15,548 bases of DNA, from the sequence record MK054233.1; one strand, given 5' to 3'. Every line of letters starts with the position of its first letter. The stretch's first letter is position 1. The notes under the pieces are model-generated. The model was not told the origin of the DNA. It did no database searches and saw nothing but the letters and a program-made list of their open reading frames with translations. Made by a program: the position numbers and the translations under genes. Positions 14,698 through 15,548 of the stretch are shown here, one piece after another.

Positions 14698-14769
14698 TAG
14701 GGGTACCGGGGTTAAGGTACCCTATGGGGTACCGATGTACCCCCATGGGTGCCGGGTTCAGCCCGGCAC
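14698..14769. other. Three consecutive GC-rich hairpins at the int stop
   Basis: TAGGGGTACC/GGTACCCTA, ATGGGGTAC/GTACCCCCAT, and a perfect GTGCCGGG-TTCAG-CCCGGCAC. Confidence 0.7.
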
Positions 14770-15548
14770 TTTGGACAGCCATTCCGCGTACTTCTTATAC
14801 TCTTTTTTCGCTAAAGCGTATAAGTCCAAATAATGTTTTGTTAGCACGTCACTAGGTGTTCGTCCTTCTATGAAATCTATGACTTGACTTGGTATTTCCA
14901 ATTCCGCCATTTTTGTTGCCACGAATTTGCGAAAATATTTAGGCGGGACTAAGTTCAACCTCCTTATCGCACTGGTAATCTGTCCTTCAGTTATCTTTAT
15001 TTTCCGTAGAGGCGTGATGTGGAATAGGTAGAAACTCTTCTTTTGCCCCCTGACCCAATTGAGGACGTAAATACTAAAGCCGTCCTCATTAATTTCGTTT
15101 TTCTCGTCATAATTGCTTAGGACTTTAAGCACTTCTCTTTCTCTTCCGCCCGACTCTAAAAGTAGTCTGTAAAACGTGTATAACGCGTAGTTATCCCTTA
15201 CCGCGTTGAGGGTCTTCCAGACTTCTTCTAATGTCGGCACGCGTAAGTCCGGTTTCGTCTTTTTCGGTTTCAGGTCTTTAGGCGGGTCTTTGTTCAGCAC
15301 GAGTTTGTAGAAATTCCTCCACGCTTTGATGCAATTATTCGATTCTTTTCTTCCTTGCTTAACGCACGAGATATATTTCTTTATTGTCTCTTCACTGATA
15401 TTCTTACTACGTAAAGCAATTTCGAATTTGAGTAAATCACTTGCGGAAATTTCAGAGTTGTTAGAAAGCGTTAGATTAGAGTCAATTATTCTAACTCCTT
15501 TCAATTCATCATAATTAGCATTGGGGGTCTTAGGGGGTGTCCCCCCTA
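14758..15548 (-). CDS. int: SSV-type tyrosine integrase, catalytic C-terminal part (intC)
   Basis: Motifs ESGGR, PKYFRKF, FIEGR and TKHY match the R-K-R-R-Y catalytic set of SSV1 D335. The frame is open from the track's TTG at 15504 up to the window end. Confidence 0.96.
   Translation of the reverse strand, partial: GGTPPKTPNANYDELKGVRIIDSNLTLSNNSEISASDLLKFEIALRSKNISEETIKKYISCVKQGRKESNNCIKAWRNFYKLVLNKDPPKDLKPKKTKPDLRVPTLEEVWKTLNAVRDNYALYTFYRLLLESGGREREVLKVLSNYDEKNEINEDGFSIYVLNWVRGQKKSFYLFHITPLRKIKITEGQITSAIRRLNLVPPKYFRKFVATKMAELEIPSQVIDFIEGRTPSDVLTKHYLDLYALAKKEYKKYAEWLSKVPG
15531..15548. repeat. Hairpin/palindrome flanking att on the left (across the junction)
   Basis: TAGGGGG-TGTC-CCCCCTA. 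Confidence 0.75.

Larger units (their letters stand above)
1..15548. mobile_element. Fusellovirus (SSV-like) genome or provirus, apparently complete, linearised at att
   Basis: Full SSV core gene set in the canonical order; tRNA-derived att inside the integrase gene; integrase frame stays open across the 15548/1 junction; size typical for the family. Confidence 0.97.

Noticed and set aside
14592-14855. 87-aa plus-strand ORF
   Set aside because: Runs through the hairpin cluster and antisense into int; its ATG does not fit the promoter spacing, whereas ATG 14581 does.
14758-15504. Integrase as a truncated 248-aa pseudogene
   Set aside because: The frame continues across the junction to ATG 226, so the episomal form is full length.
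15498-15507. GAATTGAAAG CRISPR-handle-like match on the minus strand
   Set aside because: It lies in the int coding frame (E-L-K) and is best explained by chance; used as a caution for the 14446 match.
15326-15514. 62-aa plus-strand ORF
   Set aside because: Antisense shadow of intC.

Overview
The window looks like a complete, unit-length genome of a spindle-shaped archaeal virus (Fuselloviridae, SSV-like; likely Sulfolobales host), opened at its attachment site. Bases 1-49 are the 3' half of a tRNA-Asp(GUC). Joining base 15548 to base 1 restores one uninterrupted 338-aa tyrosine integrase (start at 226, stop at 14758, minus strand). The sequence is therefore either the circular episome or a provirus cut at its att repeats. 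The plus strand carries the usual fusellovirus genes: an early T6-type operon (A100, C80, A79, B129 homologues), an A291-like secreted protein, VP4, B78, C166, B115, VP1, VP3, A82, C84/A92, B277, A154 and B251. The unusual part is the leftward T5-type operon. It encodes an RHH regulator, an SSB-like protein, a Cys-cluster protein and a 532-aa MCM-like AAA+ ATPase with tandem winged helices. It ends at a ~400-bp non-coding array of nested direct and inverted repeats that looks like an origin. Together these suggest a self-contained replication module. The b251-int intergenic region holds a CRISPR-repeat 3' fragment, an unannotated 31-aa membrane peptide with its own promoter, and a tRNA T-arm mimic. 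All homology calls come from recalled motifs and gene order, not from database searches.
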